Source: a virus
Direction: 5' to 3' (one strand)
Length of the DNA: 64,000 bases
Virus genome (UHGV): UHGV-0311442
Shown here: one piece after another, positions 9,598 through 17,773 of the stretch
Numbering within the stretch: position 1 is the stretch's first letter
Layout: every line of letters starts with the position of its first letter
Made by a program: the position numbers and the translations under genes
The notes under the pieces: generated by a model
What the model was told of the DNA's origin: nothing
The model's database searches: none
What the model saw: the letters and a program-made list of their open reading frames with translations, nothing else

Positions 9598-10485
9598 ATG
9601 AAGAATGATTTACATTTAGCGTACAAAACAATTTTCAATCATCCACTTCACATTTCTTCCCCTGATTCCGTACGTGCACACTTAGCAGATGAAGTTCGTC
9701 TGTTGACTCAGTTGCCGGGCGAATGGCCTAAAGTGCGCGGACGTTTCTTTACCGATCGTAAAAACTATCGTGTGGAAAATACGTTTAAGATTCGTGATCT
9801 GACGGCAGAAAGTGTAGTGGTCTTTACCGGTGACTCCGAGTTGCGTGGTAAACTGGTTGCGGGTAAATATTTCTTTAGTGACGGGATTTTGAATAACTCC
9901 GTAGATATGGAATTGTTCTTTACCCCATTTGAAGAAATGGGCGCAAAACCAGTTGCCCGTCGTTGGTGGTCGCCGGATTACTTAGGCTCGTTCCCGTATT
10001 TCTTTACCCTGGTAACACCAGAAACGAAGAACTATTTCGATACGGAATCGTATATCGAAATTGAAGGGTACGAAGCGTTAGGGATTAATTGCTTAGCGGA
10101 TTTAATGGCGTATAGCTATAAGTTCGTGTGGGATCGTGAACGTTCCGTGTGGGTTGCCCTGACGGATGAACACGAAATTACAAAACGCATCCGTAAGCCT
10201 TGGATGCAGCATTTGATTCAAACGCGTATTGGCGAGCATCCGTCAACAGAAGCGGATCTGGCAAAACTCGTTAGTTTCTTAATGACGAAAGTCACGTTAA
10301 CTGACGAAGAGAAAGCAGCAGTGTCGGCGGTGTTGGACCGTAACGTAACGTTAGCGGATTTAGAACGTTTAAATGTCCGTTATAAAGACCTTAATCGTAT
10401 TTTGGAAGCGTATAACTCTCCATTCTTGTTAACCCCTGGTGCTAACGTAGACGACGATCCTTTGTTCGCCATTGATTATATTTAA
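9598..10485 (+). CDS. Hypothetical protein inside the Cys-peptide / radical-SAM cluster (possible accessory or recognition factor)
   Basis: ORF with RBS ggag 6 nt upstream of ATG 9598 (ORF-track TTG at 9586 overlaps the RBS). Confidence 0.65.
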   Translation: MKNDLHLAYKTIFNHPLHISSPDSVRAHLADEVRLLTQLPGEWPKVRGRFFTDRKNYRVENTFKIRDLTAESVVVFTGDSELRGKLVAGKYFFSDGILNNSVDMELFFTPFEEMGAKPVARRWWSPDYLGSFPYFFTLVTPETKNYFDTESYIEIEGYEALGINCLADLMAYSYKFVWDRERSVWVALTDEHEITKRIRKPWMQHLIQTRIGEHPSTEADLAKLVSFLMTKVTLTDEEKAAVSAVLDRNVTLADLERLNVRYKDLNRILEAYNSPFLLTPGANVDDDPLFAIDYI

Positions 10486-10506
10486 AAACGACCGGAGTCA
10501 CCTGCA

Positions 10507-11430
10507 ATGACAACCAATGCAGAACCAAGGTTATCGAATCGTTTATACGATAAACCCACCGTATTGTCCGTAGTCGCTACGTCCAAGTGTAACCTGGATT
10601 GTAGCTTCTGCGGTGGAGCCTATTACATGAATCGTGAAGATTCTCCGCGAGAGTTTCAACGTGAGCGAATTTTGGAAGCGCTGGAAGCTAATCCAACCAT
10701 TACCGAAATTCAGTGGACGGGTGGTGAGCCATTACTGGCAACCCGTAAAATTGAGGCGTTTGTTGACGAATTAAAAGTGATTCGTCCAGAACTCAAACAC
10801 CAGTTGTATACCAATGGCTTAAAGATGCGTAAATCGCATCTCCCGTTGCTAAAACAGTTTGACAATGTCTACGTTAGCATCGATGGGTTTAAGTCGTCTG
10901 AGCGCCCGTTTATGCGCTTTATTGACGAAGGCTGTTACGAAGCACTGGAAACGATCTACGAGCTGGATAATGTCCAGACTTGGGGTGTCCTGACACGGGA
11001 CCGTTTAGGGGACAAACGCTGGCACGAAGATATTATTCAGCTGCACAGCGCGATTTACCATTACGGTTTCCGTGCAATGACGTTACTCTTAGATGCGAAA
11101 ATGCCAAAACCTTTATCGCCTGACCACGTCATGAACTTTATTTACGGCTACTATCAGGTTCAGGACAACATTGAACGTCTGAATGTAGTAAATGGACGTG
11201 AATGTGGCTTTACGGTAAGTAAAGTGTTTGAAGAAGGGTGTAACGTTTGCAGCGAAAGTCTTTGGATTAATGCAGACGGTGGTGAGCACCAACTCCAGAA
11301 TGCACCTAACGTTCTGGAATCGGGATGTAACCAACTGGCCTTCTCTATCGGTGTAGAGGCGTACGAATATATTCGTCGCGTAGTGATGGCAGGACGTAAT
11401 AGAGGGGCGGCAAATGAGCCAAGCAAATGA
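10507..11430 (+). CDS. Radical SAM enzyme (CxxxCxxC), candidate peptide-modifying maturase
   Basis: N-terminal CNLDCSFCGG cluster; GGEPLL SAM-binding motif; YTNG and SIDG motifs; four C-terminal Cys (possible twitch-like auxiliary cluster). Confidence 0.8.
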   Translation: MTTNAEPRLSNRLYDKPTVLSVVATSKCNLDCSFCGGAYYMNREDSPREFQRERILEALEANPTITEIQWTGGEPLLATRKIEAFVDELKVIRPELKHQLYTNGLKMRKSHLPLLKQFDNVYVSIDGFKSSERPFMRFIDEGCYEALETIYELDNVQTWGVLTRDRLGDKRWHEDIIQLHSAIYHYGFRAMTLLLDAKMPKPLSPDHVMNFIYGYYQVQDNIERLNVVNGRECGFTVSKVFEEGCNVCSESLWINADGGEHQLQNAPNVLESGCNQLAFSIGVEAYEYIRRVVMAGRNRGAANEPSK

Positions 11431-12736
11431 ATTCCCTAAGCAGTTAACGTATCAGATCGTAACCAACCTTTCGTGTAACCTGGACTGCGAATATTGTTAC
11501 GAACGTAAGTACCCGCGTAACAACAAAGCGGCCGACATTGTTGATTTCTTACACGCCTGTTTTGAACGTGATAAAAACGAACCGAATGTTGAAGTTATTA
11601 TCGACATTATCGGCGGTGAACCGTTCATGCAGCCTAAGTTGCTGCTGGCAGCGTTTGAAACCGCAGAGCAGTTGTGTAAAGAACACAACCGTCCGTTTAT
11701 GTTTAGTATCTCCACGAACGGGACCTTGTTAGATCGTCCGTTGAACCGTGAGATTGTAGAACGTTGGAAAGACAAACTTTCGGTTGGGGTTTCGATTGAT
11801 GGCTTGCCTGAGTCCCATGACCGTTATCGTATCTTCACAACAACGCGCCAGGGTTCTTACGAAGCCGCAGTACGTGGCTATAATTACTTAAAAGAGGTTG
11901 GCATTGCAGAACTCGGCGTAAAAGCGACCTTTACGTTAGAAACACTGCCGTTCTATGCTGCAGGGATGAAGTCATTAATTGACATTACTGGCGGTGGGAC
12001 AATTTCTGGGAACGTAACCTTCGAAGACGTTATGCCACGTAGCATGGCGACGTCAATCGCTTTACAGATGATGGATGTGATAGATTATTGGGTTGAGAAA
12101 GGATTACACACCAACCCACGTAATATCTTATCGCACATCATTCCAGAAGGGTTGGATTTCGATACGATTTGGGAACCGAACTGGCGTGACCAGTTACTGT
12201 ATAATGACACCGTACGGTTGAACCCAGAACGTTTACGTCCGTTCTGTGGGACGTTAACGCACATGACGTGCTTAGGATTTGACCGTAAGATCTTTGGCTG
12301 TAACCGCTTTATGTCAACGGTAACGTCGCGTTCTGCGGTGTTTGAGTTGGTAGGTCGGGAATTCGTCAGTCTGGACAACGGTAAATTGTTAGAAGAGATT
12401 CAAACGCAATATACCAACTACCCAGAGACCTGTTTAGGTTGTCCGATGAAACACGCTTGTGGTAGCTGTGCGGCGGCTTCTTACGAGAACGGGGAAGGAA
12501 CGTTAGAAGACCGTAAAGCGTATCACGCTGAACGTCGTCAGTGTGGCTGGACGACAGCGAAACTGATGGTGGCGGAATACTGGAAACAGAAGATGGGTAC
12601 GACGTCAGCAAAAGCGTTCCACGACACGAGCATGTGTTATTGCCCACGCTGTGTTCGTGAACGTGCCCAAAAGGAAAAATTATTAAGAGAAGCCAAAGAT
12701 GAAACCAATTCTGATCAACAATATTACGAAGCGTAG
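11414..12736 (+). CDS. Radical SAM enzyme with SPASM-like C-terminal domain, candidate peptide maturase
   Basis: CNLDCEYCY cluster; GGEPFM; STNGTLL; SIDGLPESHDRYR (SxDGxxxxHDxxR as in PqqE/anSME/AlbA-type enzymes); C-terminal CLGCPMKHACGSC plus further Cys; start overlaps upstream rSAM gene by 17 nt. Confidence 0.85.
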   Translation: MSQANEFPKQLTYQIVTNLSCNLDCEYCYERKYPRNNKAADIVDFLHACFERDKNEPNVEVIIDIIGGEPFMQPKLLLAAFETAEQLCKEHNRPFMFSISTNGTLLDRPLNREIVERWKDKLSVGVSIDGLPESHDRYRIFTTTRQGSYEAAVRGYNYLKEVGIAELGVKATFTLETLPFYAAGMKSLIDITGGGTISGNVTFEDVMPRSMATSIALQMMDVIDYWVEKGLHTNPRNILSHIIPEGLDFDTIWEPNWRDQLLYNDTVRLNPERLRPFCGTLTHMTCLGFDRKIFGCNRFMSTVTSRSAVFELVGREFVSLDNGKLLEEIQTQYTNYPETCLGCPMKHACGSCAAASYENGEGTLEDRKAYHAERRQCGWTTAKLMVAEYWKQKMGTTSAKAFHDTSMCYCPRCVRERAQKEKLLREAKDETNSDQQYYEA

Positions 12737-13271
12737 AATTCGACTTCTGGATAAGTTTCTGGAAAACAGTAAGCTATTCGGTTGTTATGTGGTGATTAAC
12801 GGTGAAGATTTTACCGATGACGTAAAACGCTTACTGATTCGTCACGGTGTGACTGTAATCATCCCAATGTACTGCACCGAACTTACTGACCTGTCGGTCG
12901 CGGAAATTGAAAAACGTAACCCAGGGTTTGAAGAACGGGTATTGGATTTCCCACGTCACAAAATTGCGTTTCTACGCCGCTCTTTAAGCGAACCCAGCGC
13001 AGAATCTATCACTGTGTTGGCATTGTCCTTCCCCGGCATTACTATCTTCGCAACACGTAACCCGAACTCACCGATTGATGGGTTTTACGATGAGCGAGAG
13101 AAATTTAATACCGTGATTTTTCCTGAGCTAACGCCAGAAGAATGCCAGGGTATCCGTATCGATTGGGAATCGGACTTCGACACAAGATTCCGTCATATCG
13201 ATTTTGAACTGTTAATCGAATTAGGGTTGATTAAAGGAGACGATGAATGTCTGCTACTGGTGAAGGCTTAA
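12699..13271 (+). CDS. Hypothetical protein (cluster-associated)
   Basis: ORF overlapping the 3' end of the rSAM gene; same operon. Confidence 0.55.
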   Translation: MKPILINNITKRRIRLLDKFLENSKLFGCYVVINGEDFTDDVKRLLIRHGVTVIIPMYCTELTDLSVAEIEKRNPGFEERVLDFPRHKIAFLRRSLSEPSAESITVLALSFPGITIFATRNPNSPIDGFYDEREKFNTVIFPELTPEECQGIRIDWESDFDTRFRHIDFELLIELGLIKGDDECLLLVKA

Positions 13272-13918
13272 CGAAAGAAGAAATCCGTCGCCGTTATTTT
13301 GCGCACGATTTACCGATTGACCGTCATGGTAACTACATGGAGAAAATCGGTAGTGAAGATCACGGCCGTACAGGGTTTTGTGCGTTACTGCACTATAAGT
13401 TGATTGATGGGATGTCTGATCGCGAAGCATTGGAACAAATGCGTAACTACGACATGTCTGAAATCGAAGCACGGTTTACGCTACAGAAAGCGAAAGACTT
13501 TGTTAACGACACGTTGGGGATTGACCTGGAAGAAATTCGTGCAGGTTTACGTTCCACGGTGCGGTACATCTTTACCGATGTTCAGAAAATTCTAAGCGCT
13601 CTGGAATTCCGTTATCAGGATGCGCGCTATGCTGAGATTCAGGTAGGTGATTTCACTTTCCAGGCAGATGAGAAGTCACAGGTAGCACTGAGTCGTTATA
13701 TCCAGTCAGAAACTGCGCCAGCGTATTGGTTAACGGCTAACAACACCCGTATCGAACCGTTTACGTTAGAACAGTGCAAGACGTTGCTGGCAGCAATCGT
13801 TGAGCGCGATCAAAGACTACACCACGCAATGTCTGAGCAGAAAAGAGAAGTCAGAGCTTGGGCTGAAGCACGTGATTACGATTCAATTAAAGCGTTTGCG
13901 TTAGAGCAAGGGCTGTAA
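13247..13918 (+). CDS. Hypothetical protein (cluster-associated)
   Basis: RBS aaggaga 6 nt upstream of ATG; last gene before the bidirectional terminator. Confidence 0.65.
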   Translation: MSATGEGLTKEEIRRRYFAHDLPIDRHGNYMEKIGSEDHGRTGFCALLHYKLIDGMSDREALEQMRNYDMSEIEARFTLQKAKDFVNDTLGIDLEEIRAGLRSTVRYIFTDVQKILSALEFRYQDARYAEIQVGDFTFQADEKSQVALSRYIQSETAPAYWLTANNTRIEPFTLEQCKTLLAAIVERDQRLHHAMSEQKREVRAWAEARDYDSIKAFALEQGL

Positions 13919-13939
13919 TCGACAGCGAAAAAAAATAGT

Positions 13940-13981
13940 ATACCTACCTCCTATTACGGGAGGTAGGTATTTTTATTTTTT
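13940..13981. terminator. Bidirectional rho-independent terminator between convergent genes
   Basis: Perfect 12-bp stem atacctacctcc / ggaggtaggtat flanked by an A-run upstream and a T-run downstream. Confidence 0.65.
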
Positions 13982-13982
13982 C

Positions 13983-14513
13983 TTAGGACGTAAAACCGTC
14001 CAGCTCACCGTTGGTGGTGGCCAGGTCAATACGATTATCAACAACTTTCGGCGTAATTACGAAAGTTGCCATTACACCTGGTTTATAACGGAGGTTCTTT
14101 TCAGTAACGGTGCACGTTACCGTACGCAGAGTGACGTTTTCATGTTCGTCTTTCTGGTCTTCGGTGTTGTACACAACGTCGCCTGGTGCGATAGCATCGT
14201 TCGGTTTAACTTTATTGATGTAATATTGTAACCAAGCGCGCAGTTCATTTTCTTGAACCCAGCGAGACAGATCGTCAGTTAGTTCAATACGGCCTACAAC
14301 ACCCGGTTCCAGACGATCGTAATGCAGTTCGATTGCACCTTTGAAATTCTCAGAACCTGGTAGTGCAGTCATGGTAACTTTGGTATTCTTACCTTCGCCT
14401 TCCAGCGCAGTAGGGAGACCAAAGGACACTTCTTTATCAGTTACCTGATGTGGTAGCTCAGTGTTAGCAGCATTATAAAGCGCGACCAACATCATCTGGT
14501 TAGTAGCGGCCAT
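13983..14513 (-). CDS. Paralog family A protein (176 aa), probable fibre-associated virion protein
   Basis: Tandem paralog of 14579..15109; both share architecture and C-terminal GELDGFT. Confidence 0.7.
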   Translation of the reverse strand: MAATNQMMLVALYNAANTELPHQVTDKEVSFGLPTALEGEGKNTKVTMTALPGSENFKGAIELHYDRLEPGVVGRIELTDDLSRWVQENELRAWLQYYINKVKPNDAIAPGDVVYNTEDQKDEHENVTLRTVTCTVTEKNLRYKPGVMATFVITPKVVDNRIDLATTNGELDGFTS

Positions 14514-14548
14514 TATCTTAAATCCTCAATAGTACGAGTTAAAGAAAT

Positions 14549-14574
14549 ATCGGGGAGGTTACCCCCCCCCCGAT
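14549..14574 (-). terminator. Hairpin terminator containing a C10/G10 homopolymer
   Basis: Stem atcgggg / ccccgat with a 10-nt C run (14562-14571); T-rich on minus strand after the stem. Confidence 0.45.
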
Positions 14575-14578
14575 TTAA

Positions 14579-15109
14579 TTATTCTTTAGGAGACGGTGCG
14601 GTGAAGCCATCCAGTTCACCTTCCAAACCGCTCAGTGCTACTTTCTCAGGAGCCGGAGGAGTAACTTTATACGTCGCGACAGTACCAGGCAGGAACTTCA
14701 AGTGGCCAGCCACAACCGTTACCACGTAAATGGTTTTGCCTTCTTCTTCACGAGAAATAGTTTGCAGGTCGTTTTCACCGAACTCGTCATCGGTGTACCC
14801 TTTCTCAGCCATGGCTGCGTTAACTTTCGCCAGGATCTTCGTTGGTGAATCGAAATCGGTAGTAGGTGCAGTTACTTCAACTTCACCAACGATGTCGCAG
14901 GAAAGACGAGTATAGTGGAATTCTTTCTCGCCTTTGAAGTTCTGGCTTTCTGCCTTGGCGGTCAGAGTAATTTTAGTGTTGCGGCCAGCTTCTCCGGTGA
15001 ACTCAGCGACAGCACTAAAATTAACATCATTTACAGTCAACTTAGAAGCAGTTTGGTTGTTTTTAGCAATTACAATCTCGATAAGCTGCTGTTGAAAAGT
15101 TTTAGCCAT
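14579..15109 (-). CDS. Paralog family A protein (176 aa)
   Basis: Paralog of 13983..14513. Confidence 0.7.
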   Translation of the reverse strand: MAKTFQQQLIEIVIAKNNQTASKLTVNDVNFSAVAEFTGEAGRNTKITLTAKAESQNFKGEKEFHYTRLSCDIVGEVEVTAPTTDFDSPTKILAKVNAAMAEKGYTDDEFGENDLQTISREEEGKTIYVVTVVAGHLKFLPGTVATYKVTPPAPEKVALSGLEGELDGFTAPSPKE

Positions 15110-15248
15110 TGTTTTACCTCGTAAGTAGTATGGGTGGTTTGCATAGTATTGTTCGGATTATAGAAGTGTTGTTAATAGTTATGACAGACAGCAGTAAGGG
15201 TTGTCTGTAAAATTATTATTTTTTAACTTTTTATAGAAGGGTGAAAAC

Positions 15249-15728
15249 ATGCTAAAACGTTTTCTACTTGTTGTAACTGCAGCACTTTCGTTGGCAAGCT
15301 GTGCCCTACAACCCACCGCTAACGGTCAATTCTCGACTGTACCCGTAGAGCCACACGACATGGTTATTTACACCTGTATGGGTGTTGAGCAAGATTTTGC
15401 AAATTACAAACCTGTCGTCAGTTCGACTAACCTAATGTTAGGTTCAGTAACTGTAGTCGATACTGGTGCTAACTGGGTAGCCACTTGGCCAAACGGTAAG
15501 ATTGAATCACCACAACTTTATAAAGATCTATTAGGTAAAGTTAATGGGAATATCGATCCTATCACGGGACAACGTTACTACCGTGTAAATGGACTACTTT
15601 CAAAAACGCCAACATTTGCGTATTCTACTTTAGAATATAAAACGGGCGATGGTAAAGGCATTACTTTCTTCCACTGTAAGGAAGGTGTAGCTCCTGACAG
15701 TGGAACAATGCTCCATCCTGCGGAATAA
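15249..15728 (+). CDS. Predicted lipoprotein (159 aa), moron-like gene on the opposite strand
   Basis: Signal peptide MLKRFLLVVTAALSLASC with lipobox L-A-S-C; RBS gaagggtg; own terminator downstream; only plus-strand gene within the minus-strand block. Confidence 0.7.
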   Translation: MLKRFLLVVTAALSLASCALQPTANGQFSTVPVEPHDMVIYTCMGVEQDFANYKPVVSSTNLMLGSVTVVDTGANWVATWPNGKIESPQLYKDLLGKVNGNIDPITGQRYYRVNGLLSKTPTFAYSTLEYKTGDGKGITFFHCKEGVAPDSGTMLHPAE

Positions 15729-15737
15729 TAAAAACTA

Positions 15738-15773
15738 CCCTACTCCCGATAAGGAGTAGGGTATATTGATTTT
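15738..15773 (+). terminator. Rho-independent terminator of the lipoprotein gene
   Basis: Stem ccctactcc / ggagtaggg followed by tatattgatttt. Confidence 0.6.
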
Positions 15774-15846
15774 AACCGTCAAATCGTGCGTAAAACGCAT
15801 TCTAAGCGTCTTTATACAAAATAAGGTATAAACGCCTTAGAAATAG

Positions 15847-16362
15847 TTAAATCTCGACTAAAGCGCTCCAATCGATTGGTTTTTGCTTAACCACTTTCAC
15901 AGTACCACGATTTGGTGACCAGAAAGTAATGTTAGGTTGATTACGAACGTCGATGTGTAACCAGCTGATGTCACATTCAATAAAGTGAATGAACGGAAAC
16001 TCATCAGGGTTAGCAGCGATATAGTCGTGAACCTGTTTTACGGTGCTATCCAACAACGTTGCATCAATTGCGTTACCGAATTTGTGTTGACTTCCTGAAT
16101 CGGCGTAAAGCTGTAACGCACGTTGTTTATAACTACCGCCCTTAGGCTTTTCTTGATTAATAAAGAAATCTAAAGTTCTTAGTCCGCGTTGTTGCGCAGC
16201 GGTTGAGTTAATCACCATTCTACCGAAACGGTTACGAATCTGTTGCAGTGAAATCATTAGCAACGGGTTCATAAACCGGATTGCAGAATCGCCGTATTTG
16301 GCAATATAAGACTGTGGTACTAACTCTCTGAGTTTAAAATTACTCGGATTTGGATGAAACAT
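15847..16362 (-). CDS. Peptidase M15-family cell-wall hydrolase (L-Ala-D-Glu / D-Ala-D-Ala peptidase-like)
   Basis: SQHKFGNAID (H-x3-G-x-A-x-D zinc-ligand motif) and downstream WLHIDV histidine, as in T5-type endolysins and VanY-like enzymes. Confidence 0.6.
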   Translation of the reverse strand: MFHPNPSNFKLRELVPQSYIAKYGDSAIRFMNPLLMISLQQIRNRFGRMVINSTAAQQRGLRTLDFFINQEKPKGGSYKQRALQLYADSGSQHKFGNAIDATLLDSTVKQVHDYIAANPDEFPFIHFIECDISWLHIDVRNQPNITFWSPNRGTVKVVKQKPIDWSALVEI

Positions 16363-17014
16363 CTTCCCTCCCAGACAGAAAAGCGCGTTTGATGTTCAGG
16401 TATTTGACATTAACGGGCTGATCTGTGGTGATATCAATACGTTCGTGGTCAGGGATTGCAGGTTCCTTAAACTCGCGAACGAATAAATAGTTTCGATTAT
16501 AATCTAACGTACGAAACGCGTTAGTGTTGTAGGATGGCTTTGCATTAGGATCTACGTAGGAATCCCAGCCGAATTCAACGACGGCCTTATAAAATGTTTG
16601 GCAGATATAAGGTGAGATTTCCAACGACTGCATAATACGCAGGAACGTTAAATCAGAGAACTCTTTATCGATAATACGCGAAACGTTACCACCCGGTGTC
16701 ATGGGATAGCTACGCTCCGTGTTACATTTTTGATAGAGTAGGTCGTGAATGCAGGCCGCAGGTGCCCACGGTCCGTCAGGATGGAAAATTCCCTGGAGGT
16801 GTTCAGGAATTGACGCTAAATCGGTAACGAACCCTTTCGGTGCTGTTAACCACAGTTGCGTGTCAGGCAATACACCCGTTAAATAAACCGCACGGTCTAA
16901 GTGTACGTGGTCGTGATAAATCTCACGTAACGTAAACGGATAATGGTAATCCTCCGTTAATACAAACCACTTATTGTCTAAACGTTTATATTGAAACTTC
17001 TCCATTACCCACAC
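16340..17014 (-). CDS. Hypothetical protein; TDLASIP...HDLLY motifs are reminiscent of DUF1353-type proteins
   Basis: ORF; probable ATG at 17005 with RBS ggaagg upstream. Confidence 0.6.
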   Translation of the reverse strand: MWVMEKFQYKRLDNKWFVLTEDYHYPFTLREIYHDHVHLDRAVYLTGVLPDTQLWLTAPKGFVTDLASIPEHLQGIFHPDGPWAPAACIHDLLYQKCNTERSYPMTPGGNVSRIIDKEFSDLTFLRIMQSLEISPYICQTFYKAVVEFGWDSYVDPNAKPSYNTNAFRTLDYNRNYLFVREFKEPAIPDHERIDITTDQPVNVKYLNIKRAFLSGREDVSSKSE

Positions 17015-17020
17015 CTTCCC

Positions 17021-17125
17021 TTATAGAAACCAGAAAAATTCGCATCCACGCTTTTCGTCTTTACGTTTTCGTCCAGACGTTAACGCTTTCCACAATAGTG
17101 CTAAGAGTTTAGCAAACCAGTTCAT
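17021..17125 (-). CDS. Small ORF (34 aa, MNWFAKLLALLWKALTSGRKRKDEKRGCEFFWFL), possible lysis-associated membrane peptide
   Basis: ATG overlaps the endolysin stop codon (ATGA coupling); amphipathic/hydrophobic N-terminus and basic C-terminus; below the 60-aa ORF-track cutoff. Confidence 0.3.
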   Translation of the reverse strand: MNWFAKLLALLWKALTSGRKRKDEKRGCEFFWFL

Positions 17126-17712
17126 TTTACTAACCCCGCCTTCACTACATAATCCGGCATTTCCCTGAACACACGTGCGTACCAGCCGTAAGCGAATTTT
17201 TCATTCTTCTTACGCTTTTCGGAGATTTCTGTGTAGTAGGTTACCTGGTGTGAGATTAACGCAAAGATTAAGATGCCTAACCCCTCGTCTTTACGGTAAT
17301 TCAGATAAGCATTCAGGGCACCTAGCGTTTTAGGTCCCATACCGCCGTCGGTGTCAATATCTGCGTAAAGTTTCCCTTCGTTATTTAAAACGTTCAGAAT
17401 ACGTTGTAACGATTTCACACAGTTAACGCGGCCAGAGTTAATAGCAAAATCAAACATCCGGTCTGCGAGTAAGGGTGAAATAGCTAAAATCTCATCGAGT
17501 TTAAGTTTCTTCCACCAACCGCGATCGTAAATATCAAACGCCTGCGCACGGGTCAGATCCTTCATTTTTCCTTTATACCCGTATTCGCGTGCAGTTGTTA
17601 GTGTTACACCGTGACAGGTTTCCCCACCTTTATCGTCAGGGTCGTTTACGTACCCGCCTTCTAAATCTGTTTTCGAAGCAATAATACCTTCTTTAGTCCA
17701 ACGTTCGGCCAT
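17122..17712 (-). CDS. Endolysin: GH108-family muramidase with C-terminal peptidoglycan-binding domain
   Basis: N-terminal EGGYVNDPDDKGGETCHGVT signature of glycoside hydrolase family 108; C-terminal region typical of the PG_binding_3-type domain. Confidence 0.8.
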   Translation of the reverse strand: MAERWTKEGIIASKTDLEGGYVNDPDDKGGETCHGVTLTTAREYGYKGKMKDLTRAQAFDIYDRGWWKKLKLDEILAISPLLADRMFDFAINSGRVNCVKSLQRILNVLNNEGKLYADIDTDGGMGPKTLGALNAYLNYRKDEGLGILIFALISHQVTYYTEISEKRKKNEKFAYGWYARVFREMPDYVVKAGLVK

Positions 17713-17773
17713 TTTGTTTAACTCCTCTTTTACACAAAAAAAGAAAAGAGGGTGGGATTACCCCACCCTGTCG

